Shown: positions 8,868-17,981 of the stretch, one piece after another | Layout of the letters: each line of letters begins with the position of its first letter | How positions within the stretch are numbered: the stretch's first letter is position 1 | Source of the DNA: Candidatus Woesearchaeota archaeon | Lineage (GTDB): Archaea; Nanobdellota; Nanobdellia; Woesearchaeales; GW2011-AR4 | Assembly: GCA_016181305.1 (NCBI GenBank) | Contig: JACOZN010000010.1 | Span: 133,242-197,241, forward strand | Direction: 5' to 3' | Length of the DNA: 64,000 bases | The notes under the pieces: model-generated | The model's input: only the letters and a program-made list of their open reading frames with translations | What the model was told of the DNA's origin: nothing | Database searches by the model: none | Translations under genes and position numbers: made by a program

Positions 8868-9880
8868 GGGGCATCAGCCAGGTGCTTTATCAAAACCTTT
8901 TTTTCTTTGCTGTCCAGAATGTTGTAAGTCAGCAGTATTCCCATTGTCTTTTCCAGATCAAGCCTGTCTGACACCAGGTCAGCTGTGCATGTTACTGTTC
9001 TCTTGTTGCCAACAAGCTTTACAACGCCCTCAAAGCTGTTGTCCAGGCCCCCGCACTTGAGATTTGTCACAACAGGGTCAACAGGTATCTCGAGCAGCTC
9101 GACTCCCACATTGTTTTCAATCTCCCTCCTCATCCTTGGGTCGCGCGGGCATGCAGCGTCAAAGCCGCTTGAGGGTGTTCTCTTATCCCTGCTCCAGAAT
9201 ATGTCTACATTCCCGTTTAAAGAAATGTCAAAGCTGAAAGTAATCTTGTCCTTGCCTACAACGCTCTGCCTGAAATTTGACACCTGCACAGGCGCTGAAG
9301 AGCTGTATACTGTCCTTGTCGAGGTTGGTTTGCATATTGCATTGTCCCTCACGTTTATCATGTCCTTTAGCATGCACAGCTTTGTGTTGGCTTCTGTCCT
9401 GTAGTTGTAGCAGGCATCTGCCCTGAAAGTGAATTCTGTGTTGCCGCTGAATTTCCTCGGCACGAAGCTGTCGCCGCCTTTCGGGAATGTGACAAATGTA
9501 GTTGTTCCTTCCACTATATTGCCTTCTGCATCCCTTTTTCTGGATTCCAATGTGTCTTCCGGCTGGTTGTCGGACAAGTCAGAGAATGTCTTGCCAAAGT
9601 CGTTTGGGTCAAATCCTACTAGGTTGACCCTTATGGCATTGCTGTCAACTTTGAACTCGCCGTCATTCTTAAGCTTTACAATGACGTTAAACGCGAACGA
9701 AGAGTCGTCAGTTACTTCGGGGGGCGGGCTGTCTTTCTCAAAATCCATTGTAATGCCTGCTGTCCCGCCTATGAAAGGGGTCCTTGGCGCTCCTCCTGTT
9801 GCAGCGCCGCTTTTCTTGCAGGCAGAAACTAAAAGAATTAAACAGATAAGCAATGCAATGACATAATACTTCTTATTCAT
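8864..9880 (-). CDS. secreted lipoprotein-like protein, paralog 1 of 3
   Basis: Signal peptide plus a Cys lipobox-like site (LVSACKK). Shares G(T/S)EG..F....PPP, ACYNY..E..KLC and SAPVQV blocks with 9948..11180 and 11177..12244. Confidence 0.6.
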   Translation of the reverse strand: MNKKYYVIALLICLILLVSACKKSGAATGGAPRTPFIGGTAGITMDFEKDSPPPEVTDDSSFAFNVIVKLKNDGEFKVDSNAIRVNLVGFDPNDFGKTFSDLSDNQPEDTLESRKRDAEGNIVEGTTTFVTFPKGGDSFVPRKFSGNTEFTFRADACYNYRTEANTKLCMLKDMINVRDNAICKPTSTRTVYSSSAPVQVSNFRQSVVGKDKITFSFDISLNGNVDIFWSRDKRTPSSGFDAACPRDPRMRREIENNVGVELLEIPVDPVVTNLKCGGLDNSFEGVVKLVGNKRTVTCTADLVSDRLDLEKTMGILLTYNILDSKEKKVLIKHLADAP

Positions 9881-9947
9881 TTTGCCTCTTTTATTTTGAT
9901 GAACTATTTATTTTAATGTTTATATATAAAGTTTTTGGTTTGTTGAC

Positions 9948-11180
9948 TTAATCCGCATATCTTGTACATTGATTTGTTGTTTTATCGAACTCGAGGCAAA
10001 TGTCGGTTTCCCCGCTTGGTAAAGGCTGGCCTTCATATGACGGGCTTGGTGATGTGCTTGCCCCGCCTGAAGAAACACCTGTATCCGTGCTGCTAACGCC
10101 AGTCACCTCCCTCTTTATCTGAATTTTTTTCTCTATTGTTGTCCTATAAACATAAGACAGTTTGATTTCTAAAGGGGTTATATAAGCTGTTTTGCTAGAA
10201 CTGTACTCGTTCCTTGGTAGCTCACAAATTATTGAACCTTCGCTGTTCTGAATAAGTTTTATGAAACCTGACTGGGATTTAACCTGCCCATCAACGAATG
10301 GGCTGCATTGCAATGGCTTGTTGCTTACTTTCACATTTATTAAATAAACCTTGTCTACATCCTCTCTTTGTAGCTTGCTATCGCCAAAAGGGTTGCACTT
10401 GTCTTCCCCTAATACGTACGGCTTGAGCACGTCCCCATTGCCAACATTCTTTATTGTTATCCTAAACTGAGTTTTTGTGGCAAATGCTTCTTCATTGACT
10501 GCTGTAACAGCTACCGGAGCGCCTTGGTTGGATAATGCAGTATCCTTTACTTCGCAAACCTTTTTTTCCTTTATTGTTGAGTAAGGATTGGGGTCAATGC
10601 AAACTGATGGGTTTGCAGTTGTCTGGTACTCATAGCATGCAGTCGCTTGTATCACTGGTTCGTATTTCTCAACATTTAAATTCTCAGCAATTACCCTTCC
10701 TTTGAAAGTTGCAAAATCCAACCCTCCATTTGGGTTGATTGAAGTTTTTCCCTCCAGTGTTTTTCTGCTCAAATCTTCAATTGGGGGCTTAGGCTCAAAA
10801 AAATCCAATATGTTTGGGTCGTAGCCGCCTAGATAGATTTTGCCGTGAAGCCCAAATGGCTCAAAACCGCTGCCCTCTCCAAATTCCGGATACGCTCCCT
10901 TGTTCCTTACTTCCATAACGACATCAAACCTGTTCAACTCTGAGTCTGCACCTTTCTCAACATGAATCCTTTCAGGCGGGTTATTTGGGAGAAAGCTCAT
11001 AGCAAGCCCTTCTGTTCCAACTCTCAGCTCCTCCAGTGTTTTAGTTGTGCTGCTTTTTCCCACTTTGCCGCATGCAGAAATTAACACCAAAACGACAAAG
11101 AATGCTGCAAATAATGCCTTTTTTCCCAATTTTACCACTCTTTTCCAAATCCCGAACTTTTTGTATATAAATCTTATCAA
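9948..11180 (-). CDS. secreted lipoprotein-like protein, paralog 2 of 3
   Basis: Signal peptide with ISACGK. ATACYEYQT..VCIDPN and GAPVAVTAV blocks align with the neighbouring paralogs. Confidence 0.6.
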   Translation of the reverse strand: MIRFIYKKFGIWKRVVKLGKKALFAAFFVVLVLISACGKVGKSSTTKTLEELRVGTEGLAMSFLPNNPPERIHVEKGADSELNRFDVVMEVRNKGAYPEFGEGSGFEPFGLHGKIYLGGYDPNILDFFEPKPPIEDLSRKTLEGKTSINPNGGLDFATFKGRVIAENLNVEKYEPVIQATACYEYQTTANPSVCIDPNPYSTIKEKKVCEVKDTALSNQGAPVAVTAVNEEAFATKTQFRITIKNVGNGDVLKPYVLGEDKCNPFGDSKLQREDVDKVYLINVKVSNKPLQCSPFVDGQVKSQSGFIKLIQNSEGSIICELPRNEYSSSKTAYITPLEIKLSYVYRTTIEKKIQIKREVTGVSSTDTGVSSGGASTSPSPSYEGQPLPSGETDICLEFDKTTNQCTRYAD

Positions 11181-12244
11181 TATTTTATCGGCTTCTGTAT
11201 TAAAAATGTGTCAGCAATAGTCTGCACGTAGCCATAGTCTATCTCAATTCTTAAAGGCGATGAAAAGGCATCGTCTGTTTTCTTGATGCCGTCCTTGAAA
11301 GTGCACCTTACAAAGTCCTTCTTGTCCCTGAACCTTACGAAGCCTGCAATCTTGTCAGGGTTGTTCTCGTTTTCAGGGCACTGCCCGTCTATATTCGGGC
11401 AGCATACAAGCTGGATGCCCCTGTCGCCGACTCCCTTGCCGGATGTGTAAGCCCTCAAAAAAGCGACATTCCATGCATTTTTTATTTCGTCTTGGGTTAA
11501 TGGGCTTGCATCCACAATTGCTGGGTCTTTCACGCATAGCCTCTGGAAACTATTTATGTTTGCAGAACTGCCTTTTCCCTTGTTTTCCACAAATATCAAA
11601 AACTGCGGCTTTATTATATCGCCTTCAGGAATCATCTGCGGCTCTATCCTTGTGACAGCAATTGGAGCGCCCTGCCCTGTATTGAATGGAATCTCCTTGA
11701 CTTTGCAAGCCTTTTTGCTCGGTCTTAGCTCCCCGATGTCAGGGTCAATGCATACTGTAGTGCTTAGAAGTGTCTGATACGGATAGCATAAAGTGGCTGT
11801 TATTGTTGACTCCTTGTTCTCGCTCTGGGGGTCAAGCTTAGCTGTCTTTGCTGTAATGGCTGCAATTAACTCATCCCCTTTTGGGTTAATTTTTGTCTTT
11901 CCTTCTACGCCAAAAAGCAGTATGTCACCACGCTGCCCCATTTTCGGGTTTGGCTCGAGAGTTATTTCAGGTACATAGTCTTTTTCCCTGCCGATAGCCA
12001 GAATTCCTGCTCTTGATACGCCTACACTGTATGCACCTTTGTTTCTTATCTTTATCAGTATAGGAAAGCTGCTTTGCTCAAAGACTCTTGGAGGAGGTGC
12101 TGTTTTTGAGAATTCCGCAGTCAATCCCTCTGAGCCTACATAGACATTGACTTGGGCTGATTTTGAGGTGGTTGTGGAGGTGGAGCAGCCTATAATCATT
12201 AAAAATAAAGATATTAAGGCTATTAGCATGATTTGTTTTTTCAT
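11177..12244 (-). CDS. secreted lipoprotein-like protein, paralog 3 of 3
   Basis: Signal peptide with IIGCST. ATLCYPYQT..VCIDPD and GAPIAVTRI blocks. 4-bp overlap with the downstream paralog. Confidence 0.6.
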   Translation of the reverse strand: MKKQIMLIALISLFLMIIGCSTSTTTSKSAQVNVYVGSEGLTAEFSKTAPPPRVFEQSSFPILIKIRNKGAYSVGVSRAGILAIGREKDYVPEITLEPNPKMGQRGDILLFGVEGKTKINPKGDELIAAITAKTAKLDPQSENKESTITATLCYPYQTLLSTTVCIDPDIGELRPSKKACKVKEIPFNTGQGAPIAVTRIEPQMIPEGDIIKPQFLIFVENKGKGSSANINSFQRLCVKDPAIVDASPLTQDEIKNAWNVAFLRAYTSGKGVGDRGIQLVCCPNIDGQCPENENNPDKIAGFVRFRDKKDFVRCTFKDGIKKTDDAFSSPLRIEIDYGYVQTIADTFLIQKPIKY

Positions 12245-12250
12245 TTTAGC

Positions 12251-15200
12251 TTAAGGTATTGTAATATTGGGGGTTTCAACTGAGCCATAAATATTATCAT
12301 TGTTATCAACTGCATAAATAAGGTACGAGTATGTTAAACCTGATTTTATGCCAGAGTCCTTGTAGGAATTCTGTTCTGTATAGAAAGAATCCTCGCTATT
12401 GCCTTCACGGTACCTTGTTATAAGGTATTTAGTCGCCTTTTGGTTTTCTGATTTGCTCCACTTGATTAGCACTATATGGTTTGAACTATCGTACGTAGCT
12501 TCCGGATTGGCTAAAGTGGGTGTTTGTAGTTGTTCACTTGGAATGTACTCTATCTTCAATTGATTTCTTAAGGTATTGTAAGCAGCTATCACTTTTTTTA
12601 CATATTCCCTAGTGTTTGTTTTTCTGTCCGTACTCCAGCAATTGTCTGGATTCAGATAGTAAAACCCATGAACTGTGTCTGAATTCATTGCCTTTTCTCC
12701 ACAATTGTAACCAGCAGCAATAACGCTCAGATCTGCCGGTAAGTTTTTGTTTTTTTGTATATCAATAAGATATTTTATATATTTTACACCACAATCTACA
12801 TTTGATTCAACGTCTTTGTTCCAATCAGTGCAGCCTAAACCCTGTGCAGTAGGTGTAAGTACCTGCATTAAACCGTAAGAGCCTCCTTTTTTTGCATCGC
12901 CAAAAGTGGTTGGATTCCAAGCTGCATTCTCCGTATGTATTATAGCTTTTACAAACAAGTAATCAACAAGGTATTTTTTTGCTATTCCAAACACAATTGG
13001 GCTATATTTAATTTCATTTTGATTGGCTTTGCTGAAAAAAATGTCTGCATATTTCTGATCAGAAATTTGAGCATCATAATCTGGAGTTCTTTTTTCCTCT
13101 AGCGTAGGCGCCTGCTCGACAGTAACAGGCACCTGCGACTCAACAAGATAATCATACCTAGCCCTTATCCTGATGAATTTTGTTGTTATGGGCGCGTTTT
13201 CCAGAACATCATTTTTGTTTAGGTTAAGCCTGCAGGAGAATGTAAGGAACCTGCCGCTTTCAATGTCCCTGAATTGCTCTTTGTCGCCTCGTCTTTTAAT
13301 GTCCTCGACTGCAAGCTGGTAGCCGGTGTACTCCTCAGCGCCAATCTCACTTTTGAAAAGGTTGTCGCAGTCATCATTGCATTTCTTGACTGAAGTGTCG
13401 CAGTTGAAAATACACTGCTGGTCGCTTTTGTCGCATATGTCTAGACAAGGTTGGCGGACTTTATCCTCGCATGATTTTGAGCAGTCTTCCTTTGAGAAAG
13501 GCTTGAACCTTACAGGCCTGCAGGTTTCCAGATTTTCCGGATTGATTGTGATGCCTTTCGGCACAACGACATTAAGCTCTTTAATCTCCTTTATTTTCCC
13601 ATTCCACTTCCCGACAGGATTGCCCTTGCTGTCTGTTATTTTGCCCCTGTTTGTGAGGGTTATGAACAACGCCGGGCTGGTGCCCTTGTCAGAAACCGAT
13701 ATAAGGCTTTGTATTCCTACTCCAATCTCAACAGGCCCATTTGTGGATATTGACTTGGGTGTTCTGTCTGCTATGCCAAATTCCTTTAATGGGTCAAGGT
13801 TTTCCCTTATCATGGCGCGATGCCTTTCAGCGTCAATGAAGTAAACTTTTTGGTAGGATATTGTAGGGAAATTATATGTGGCGGAAAGAATAAGGGTGTT
13901 TGCTCCAGCCTGAAGCTTGTTTTTGCTGAATGTGCACTCAACATCCTTCTCCTCAAGTGTATAGACTGTGAATTGCTTGTCGGGAATTACAATGTCCTTG
14001 GTTTCAGCAGTTCCAGTCTTATCAGCTTCTATCGGCTTGTTGTCCTTGAACCTAAAGCATGTAAACTGGACATTGACAGGGTCGCTCAACGTCCTTGACT
14101 TTATAGTGCCCCATATTGTAACAGGCTCGTCTGTATAGAACCTTGGCTGTGCAGGCTTAACCCTGTCAAAAACAACTCCAAGAGGCTCAAACTGGTTTTT
14201 CTCGACAAAGCCCATATACTGGTCCGAAATCAATCCGCCTGTTGCATAGTCAATTGACTTGCCTGCAGCTCTTGCTACACCAACCCCAAAATTTGAAATT
14301 GATTCCAAAATGCCGCCCAAAAAACCTTTTGCGCCTTGCGTTGCCTCTGCCCTTTCGAATGAGGTGCCTTCCTCAGAGCTTTCTGCTATGGTTGGAGAAA
14401 AGATTATGAAGAACACCATGGCAATCACCAGCAAAAAAAGGTTGCCTCTTGCGAATTTGCTTCCGGTGAACTGCGCCAGATAATAAGAGCTTATAAGCAC
14501 CAATATCGGGAAATATGACAGAACAACGTTGCCAAAATTCAGGCTGTAAAGGAAGAAATCACCAACTAAAAAGAGGGATGTAAATATATAGAGCTGGCTT
14601 TTGTTGATTTGCGGCTGAAAATAGAGGTAAAAATAGAATCCAATTATGAATATTACATGCAACACTGCTTTTACATCCTTTGTCCAGCTCCAGTTTATGA
14701 AAAAAAAGGAGAATGTTAAAGCCATTACAGCATAGCAAAATGTTTCTGAAGCGACATAATCATATCCATTACGATGCAATACCACCAAGCCTATTACGGC
14801 TAAAACAGCAAGCACTATAATACTAAAGTAAGGGATTGTTACGTTAGCAAACTCTAACCTGTAATAAATCCTGGAGTACAGCAATGCAAGTGCCATGAAT
14901 GCGCCAAAAAAAACAAATTGCCTGTGGGGCTCAAACATATTAGTCATGATACTCCACGCCAAAAATGCCACAATAGCGCCAGATGTGACAACTGCATACC
15001 AGTTTGTTTGAGTGATAAGTAAAGTTGAGAAATTAAAGCCGATATAACGTCCGCCAAAATAAGGTGTTAAGTCAAAGCCCCAAATCATGTAAGCAAATAT
15101 TATTATGATGATTGGTCCCCAGCCTGCTGTCTCTTTTCCGGTATTAACCACTATGTTTGGATTTATGGGGCTGCCACCATATGCTGTAGCAGAAGATTTC

Positions 15201-15499
15201 TTAGGTTGTTCGTCTGATTTCCCAAAAAATCCCCTTGCTTTTCCAGCAACCCTTCCTAATTTTGAGGTATATGGCTCATCTTCTCTCTCCAATCGCTCCA
15301 TTCTTTTTTGAATTTGATTTTCTCTCTCCTCATTTTCTGCTTCTTTTCTCTTAGCCCCCAATCTTTCTCTGGCTCTTTCTAATATCTCTGCTTCCCTTGC
15401 TTCGGCTTCCTTCTGTCTTCTTGTTCTATCTCTATCCGTCCTGCTTACACCAGCCGCCTCTAATTCTCTATCTTCTTCTGTTTCAGTATCATAAGCCAA
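12251..15499 (-). CDS. large polytopic membrane protein with an extracellular family-1 lytic transglycosylase (SLT) domain and a C-terminal FN3-like domain
   Basis: 1082 aa. Charged coiled N-terminus, then about 8–10 TM helices. A Cys-rich segment (CSKSCEDK..CLDICDK..CIFNCD..CNDDCD) is present. The SLT motifs are IIHTENAAWNP...GGSYGLMQVLTPTA...AAGYNCG; compare E. coli Slt70 ESAWNP...GASGLMQIMPGTA...AYNAG. A C-terminal FN3-like beta-sandwich follows. Confidence 0.75.
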   Translation of the reverse strand: MAYDTETEEDRELEAAGVSRTDRDRTRRQKEAEAREAEILERARERLGAKRKEAENEERENQIQKRMERLEREDEPYTSKLGRVAGKARGFFGKSDEQPKKSSATAYGGSPINPNIVVNTGKETAGWGPIIIIIFAYMIWGFDLTPYFGGRYIGFNFSTLLITQTNWYAVVTSGAIVAFLAWSIMTNMFEPHRQFVFFGAFMALALLYSRIYYRLEFANVTIPYFSIIVLAVLAVIGLVVLHRNGYDYVASETFCYAVMALTFSFFFINWSWTKDVKAVLHVIFIIGFYFYLYFQPQINKSQLYIFTSLFLVGDFFLYSLNFGNVVLSYFPILVLISSYYLAQFTGSKFARGNLFLLVIAMVFFIIFSPTIAESSEEGTSFERAEATQGAKGFLGGILESISNFGVGVARAAGKSIDYATGGLISDQYMGFVEKNQFEPLGVVFDRVKPAQPRFYTDEPVTIWGTIKSRTLSDPVNVQFTCFRFKDNKPIEADKTGTAETKDIVIPDKQFTVYTLEEKDVECTFSKNKLQAGANTLILSATYNFPTISYQKVYFIDAERHRAMIRENLDPLKEFGIADRTPKSISTNGPVEIGVGIQSLISVSDKGTSPALFITLTNRGKITDSKGNPVGKWNGKIKEIKELNVVVPKGITINPENLETCRPVRFKPFSKEDCSKSCEDKVRQPCLDICDKSDQQCIFNCDTSVKKCNDDCDNLFKSEIGAEEYTGYQLAVEDIKRRGDKEQFRDIESGRFLTFSCRLNLNKNDVLENAPITTKFIRIRARYDYLVESQVPVTVEQAPTLEEKRTPDYDAQISDQKYADIFFSKANQNEIKYSPIVFGIAKKYLVDYLFVKAIIHTENAAWNPTTFGDAKKGGSYGLMQVLTPTAQGLGCTDWNKDVESNVDCGVKYIKYLIDIQKNKNLPADLSVIAAGYNCGEKAMNSDTVHGFYYLNPDNCWSTDRKTNTREYVKKVIAAYNTLRNQLKIEYIPSEQLQTPTLANPEATYDSSNHIVLIKWSKSENQKATKYLITRYREGNSEDSFYTEQNSYKDSGIKSGLTYSYLIYAVDNNDNIYGSVETPNITIP

Positions 15500-15617
15500 T
15501 TTACTCCACCATTTTTGCTTTACTCATTTTTGTCGTTAAAATAACTCAACCTAAAGAATTCTTCCCAACCACCTCTTGTTTTTAAGCAATTTAATTTAAA
15601 TAAAATAAGCATTATAA

Positions 15618-16802
15618 CTAAGCCAGTCTGACTCTTAACTCAGCGACTTCTATGTCTTCCAGCGGCTCAAGCCTTACGAAGTTGTTGCCTTCTGAAACCC
15701 TGCCGTTGATGTTTTTTGTGAATGACATCTTGTCCGTCTCCACAGTGTCTATGTGCCCGTTGATGTCCATTTTTATTCTTTTCTTTTTCTGGCTGTCTGT
15801 GAACTTCAATGTGACTTCGATGTTTACATCCCCGTCCCTTATCTGCGTGAAGGTTGCCGGCTTTACCTCAAAATAGTATGTTCTGGATGAAGCATCATTA
15901 AACTCAAGGGCTATGCCGATCTGCTCAACGCTGTAGCTGCCCTTGCTTGTCTTGAAAACAACATTGTTCTCGCCTTGGTTTAGGGCGCTTTTCGGTATGC
16001 TCTGCCTGTACGCGTCATTGCACTTCGGCACAGAGGAGAACAGCTTCTTGTTGTTTATGAAAATGTCCAAAGTTCCAAGCTGGTTTACATTGCCGCAGTA
16101 TGGCACGAACTTGAGCGTTGCCTTTTCCATGCTTGCGAACTCCGGATCGCTCAATACGAATAGGTTTGTGGATTCCTGCCTGCTTGTGTCTGTTATGTCA
16201 CCTATTATCCTGATATTCTCAAAGCTGTACTCGTTCGTAGTCCAGAATCTTGCCCCTACAGACGAAACGCTGAACTCGAGAGAATTCTGCTTCATGAGCA
16301 GCTTCTTGTCCAGCTTGACAGGCTCGACAATCTCGGATGCAATCTCATTCTCAAAAACAATCACATTGTTGAGCTTTATTTCAAGAACACCTTTCCTCTT
16401 CTTGGCTGCGAAAGACAAAACAACATTGTCTGTATTGTCAATGTCCTCGATAACAAAGTCTATATTCCTTGTTTTTTTGTCAAACCACCCGTTCCTTACT
16501 ATAAAAGGGTTTATCTTTTCTAAATCCTTTGCGTTGGTTGTCTCAACCAAGAATATGTTGGGGATTTTTTTCTCGCTCTCCATGCTCCTTGACGTGCTCA
16601 ATGCCCCTGGGCTTGCCTGCAGCAGGATGTTCGGGCTTTCCCCTAGCGCGGGCTCCGGCTGCTTCTTTTCAATCAGCTTTTCCCTCTCTCCTGAAGGCAG
16701 AAATACGATGTAAAGAATTATAAGGCCTGCTATTATTGCAACTAAAACAGCGGCGTTCATGCCGCCTTGGGCTTTATTTTGCATCACAACACCTTTTTTC
16801 AC
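15618..16802 (-). CDS. membrane-anchored extracellular protein (first gene of the surface-protein operon)
   Basis: N-terminal TM anchor (AAVLVAIIAGLIILYIVFL) followed by an extracellular region of about 350 aa. No recognised family. Confidence 0.5.
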   Translation of the reverse strand: MKKGVVMQNKAQGGMNAAVLVAIIAGLIILYIVFLPSGEREKLIEKKQPEPALGESPNILLQASPGALSTSRSMESEKKIPNIFLVETTNAKDLEKINPFIVRNGWFDKKTRNIDFVIEDIDNTDNVVLSFAAKKRKGVLEIKLNNVIVFENEIASEIVEPVKLDKKLLMKQNSLEFSVSSVGARFWTTNEYSFENIRIIGDITDTSRQESTNLFVLSDPEFASMEKATLKFVPYCGNVNQLGTLDIFINNKKLFSSVPKCNDAYRQSIPKSALNQGENNVVFKTSKGSYSVEQIGIALEFNDASSRTYYFEVKPATFTQIRDGDVNIEVTLKFTDSQKKKRIKMDINGHIDTVETDKMSFTKNINGRVSEGNNFVRLEPLEDIEVAELRVRLA

Positions 16803-16869
16803 TCAATCAATAACTACTCCAAAGAAATTAACATAAACATATTTAAATCTTTTTATTTTAGTATATAAG

Positions 16870-17937
16870 ATGAAACTGCTGCATTCCAACCTGAAAAAAG
16901 GCGAGGTTAAGGTCCTCACCCAGAATCTGGATGACTTATGGTACCTGAGCACGATAGTCGAGCCGAAAGACATCGTGCAGGGAAAGACCTTAAGGAAGAT
17001 AAAGGCTGCCTCAGGCGATGAAAAGTCAAAAGAGGCTGCAAAGAAGCCTGTTTTCATAAAGCTCACGGTTGAGAAGGCGGAATTCAGCAAATATGCGAGC
17101 GTGCTTAGAATTTCAGGTATTATTAAGGAAGCTCCTGAAGAAGTGCCTTTGGGCAGCTACCATACATTCAACGTTGATGAAAACACCGCAATAACCATTA
17201 CCAAGGAGAACTGGCTTAAGTACCATCTTGACAGGCTGAAAGAGGCGTGCCAGGAGAAAAAAAGCGCTTTGCTTATATGCGTGCATGACAGGGAAGAGGC
17301 ATATTTCGCATTATTCAAAAAATATGGTTATGAGGTTTTAGCGCATATACATGGGGATGTGCAGAAAAAGAGGGAGGAAAGCACAAAGAAAGAAAATTTT
17401 TATTTAACGATAATAGCTAAATTAAAAGAATATGCCGAAAGATACAAAATCAGGCAGATTATCTTGGCAAGCCCTGCTTTCTGGAAAGAAGACCTGATGA
17501 AAGAAATTAATGACGACGAGCTTAAGCAAAAGATTGTTCCTGCCGCATGCTCTTCGGCAACAAAGAACGGGATAGACGAGGTCATAAAAAGGCCGGAAGT
17601 GAGGGAAGCGCTGAAGCAGGAAAGGACTGCAAAGGAAATCAACAAGGTTGAGGAATTGTTTGCGGAGATTGCGAAAAGCAATCTTGCTGCGTATGGGATT
17701 GAAGAGACTGAAAACGCCTCCTCGATAGGCGCTGTAAAAGAGCTTTTGATAACAGATTCACTGATACAAAAATCAAGGATGGAAAGCTTTTATGGCAGGA
17801 TAGAAAATATGATGAAGGCCGTCGACAAGGCAAAAGGCGAGATAGAGATTATAAGCTCCGAGCACGAGGCGGGAAAAAAGCTTGACGGGCTGGGAGGGAT
17901 AGCTGCTATTTTGAGGTTCAAGCTGAACTATGGGTAA
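16870..17937 (+). CDS. pelA: Pelota / Dom34 mRNA surveillance factor
   Basis: Three-domain eRF1-like architecture, with MKLL... N-domain and [12 protein letters not shown]-terminal motif. Confidence 0.8.
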   Translation: MKLLHSNLKKGEVKVLTQNLDDLWYLSTIVEPKDIVQGKTLRKIKAASGDEKSKEAAKKPVFIKLTVEKAEFSKYASVLRISGIIKEAPEEVPLGSYHTFNVDENTAITITKENWLKYHLDRLKEACQEKKSALLICVHDREEAYFALFKKYGYEVLAHIHGDVQKKREESTKKENFYLTIIAKLKEYAERYKIRQIILASPAFWKEDLMKEINDDELKQKIVPAACSSATKNGIDEVIKRPEVREALKQERTAKEINKVEELFAEIAKSNLAAYGIEETENASSIGAVKELLITDSLIQKSRMESFYGRIENMMKAVDKAKGEIEIISSEHEAGKKLDGLGGIAAILRFKLNYG

Positions 17938-17981
17938 AATTTAAAAAGAATTTATGTTATATCCCAAAAAAAGAGGCGCAT

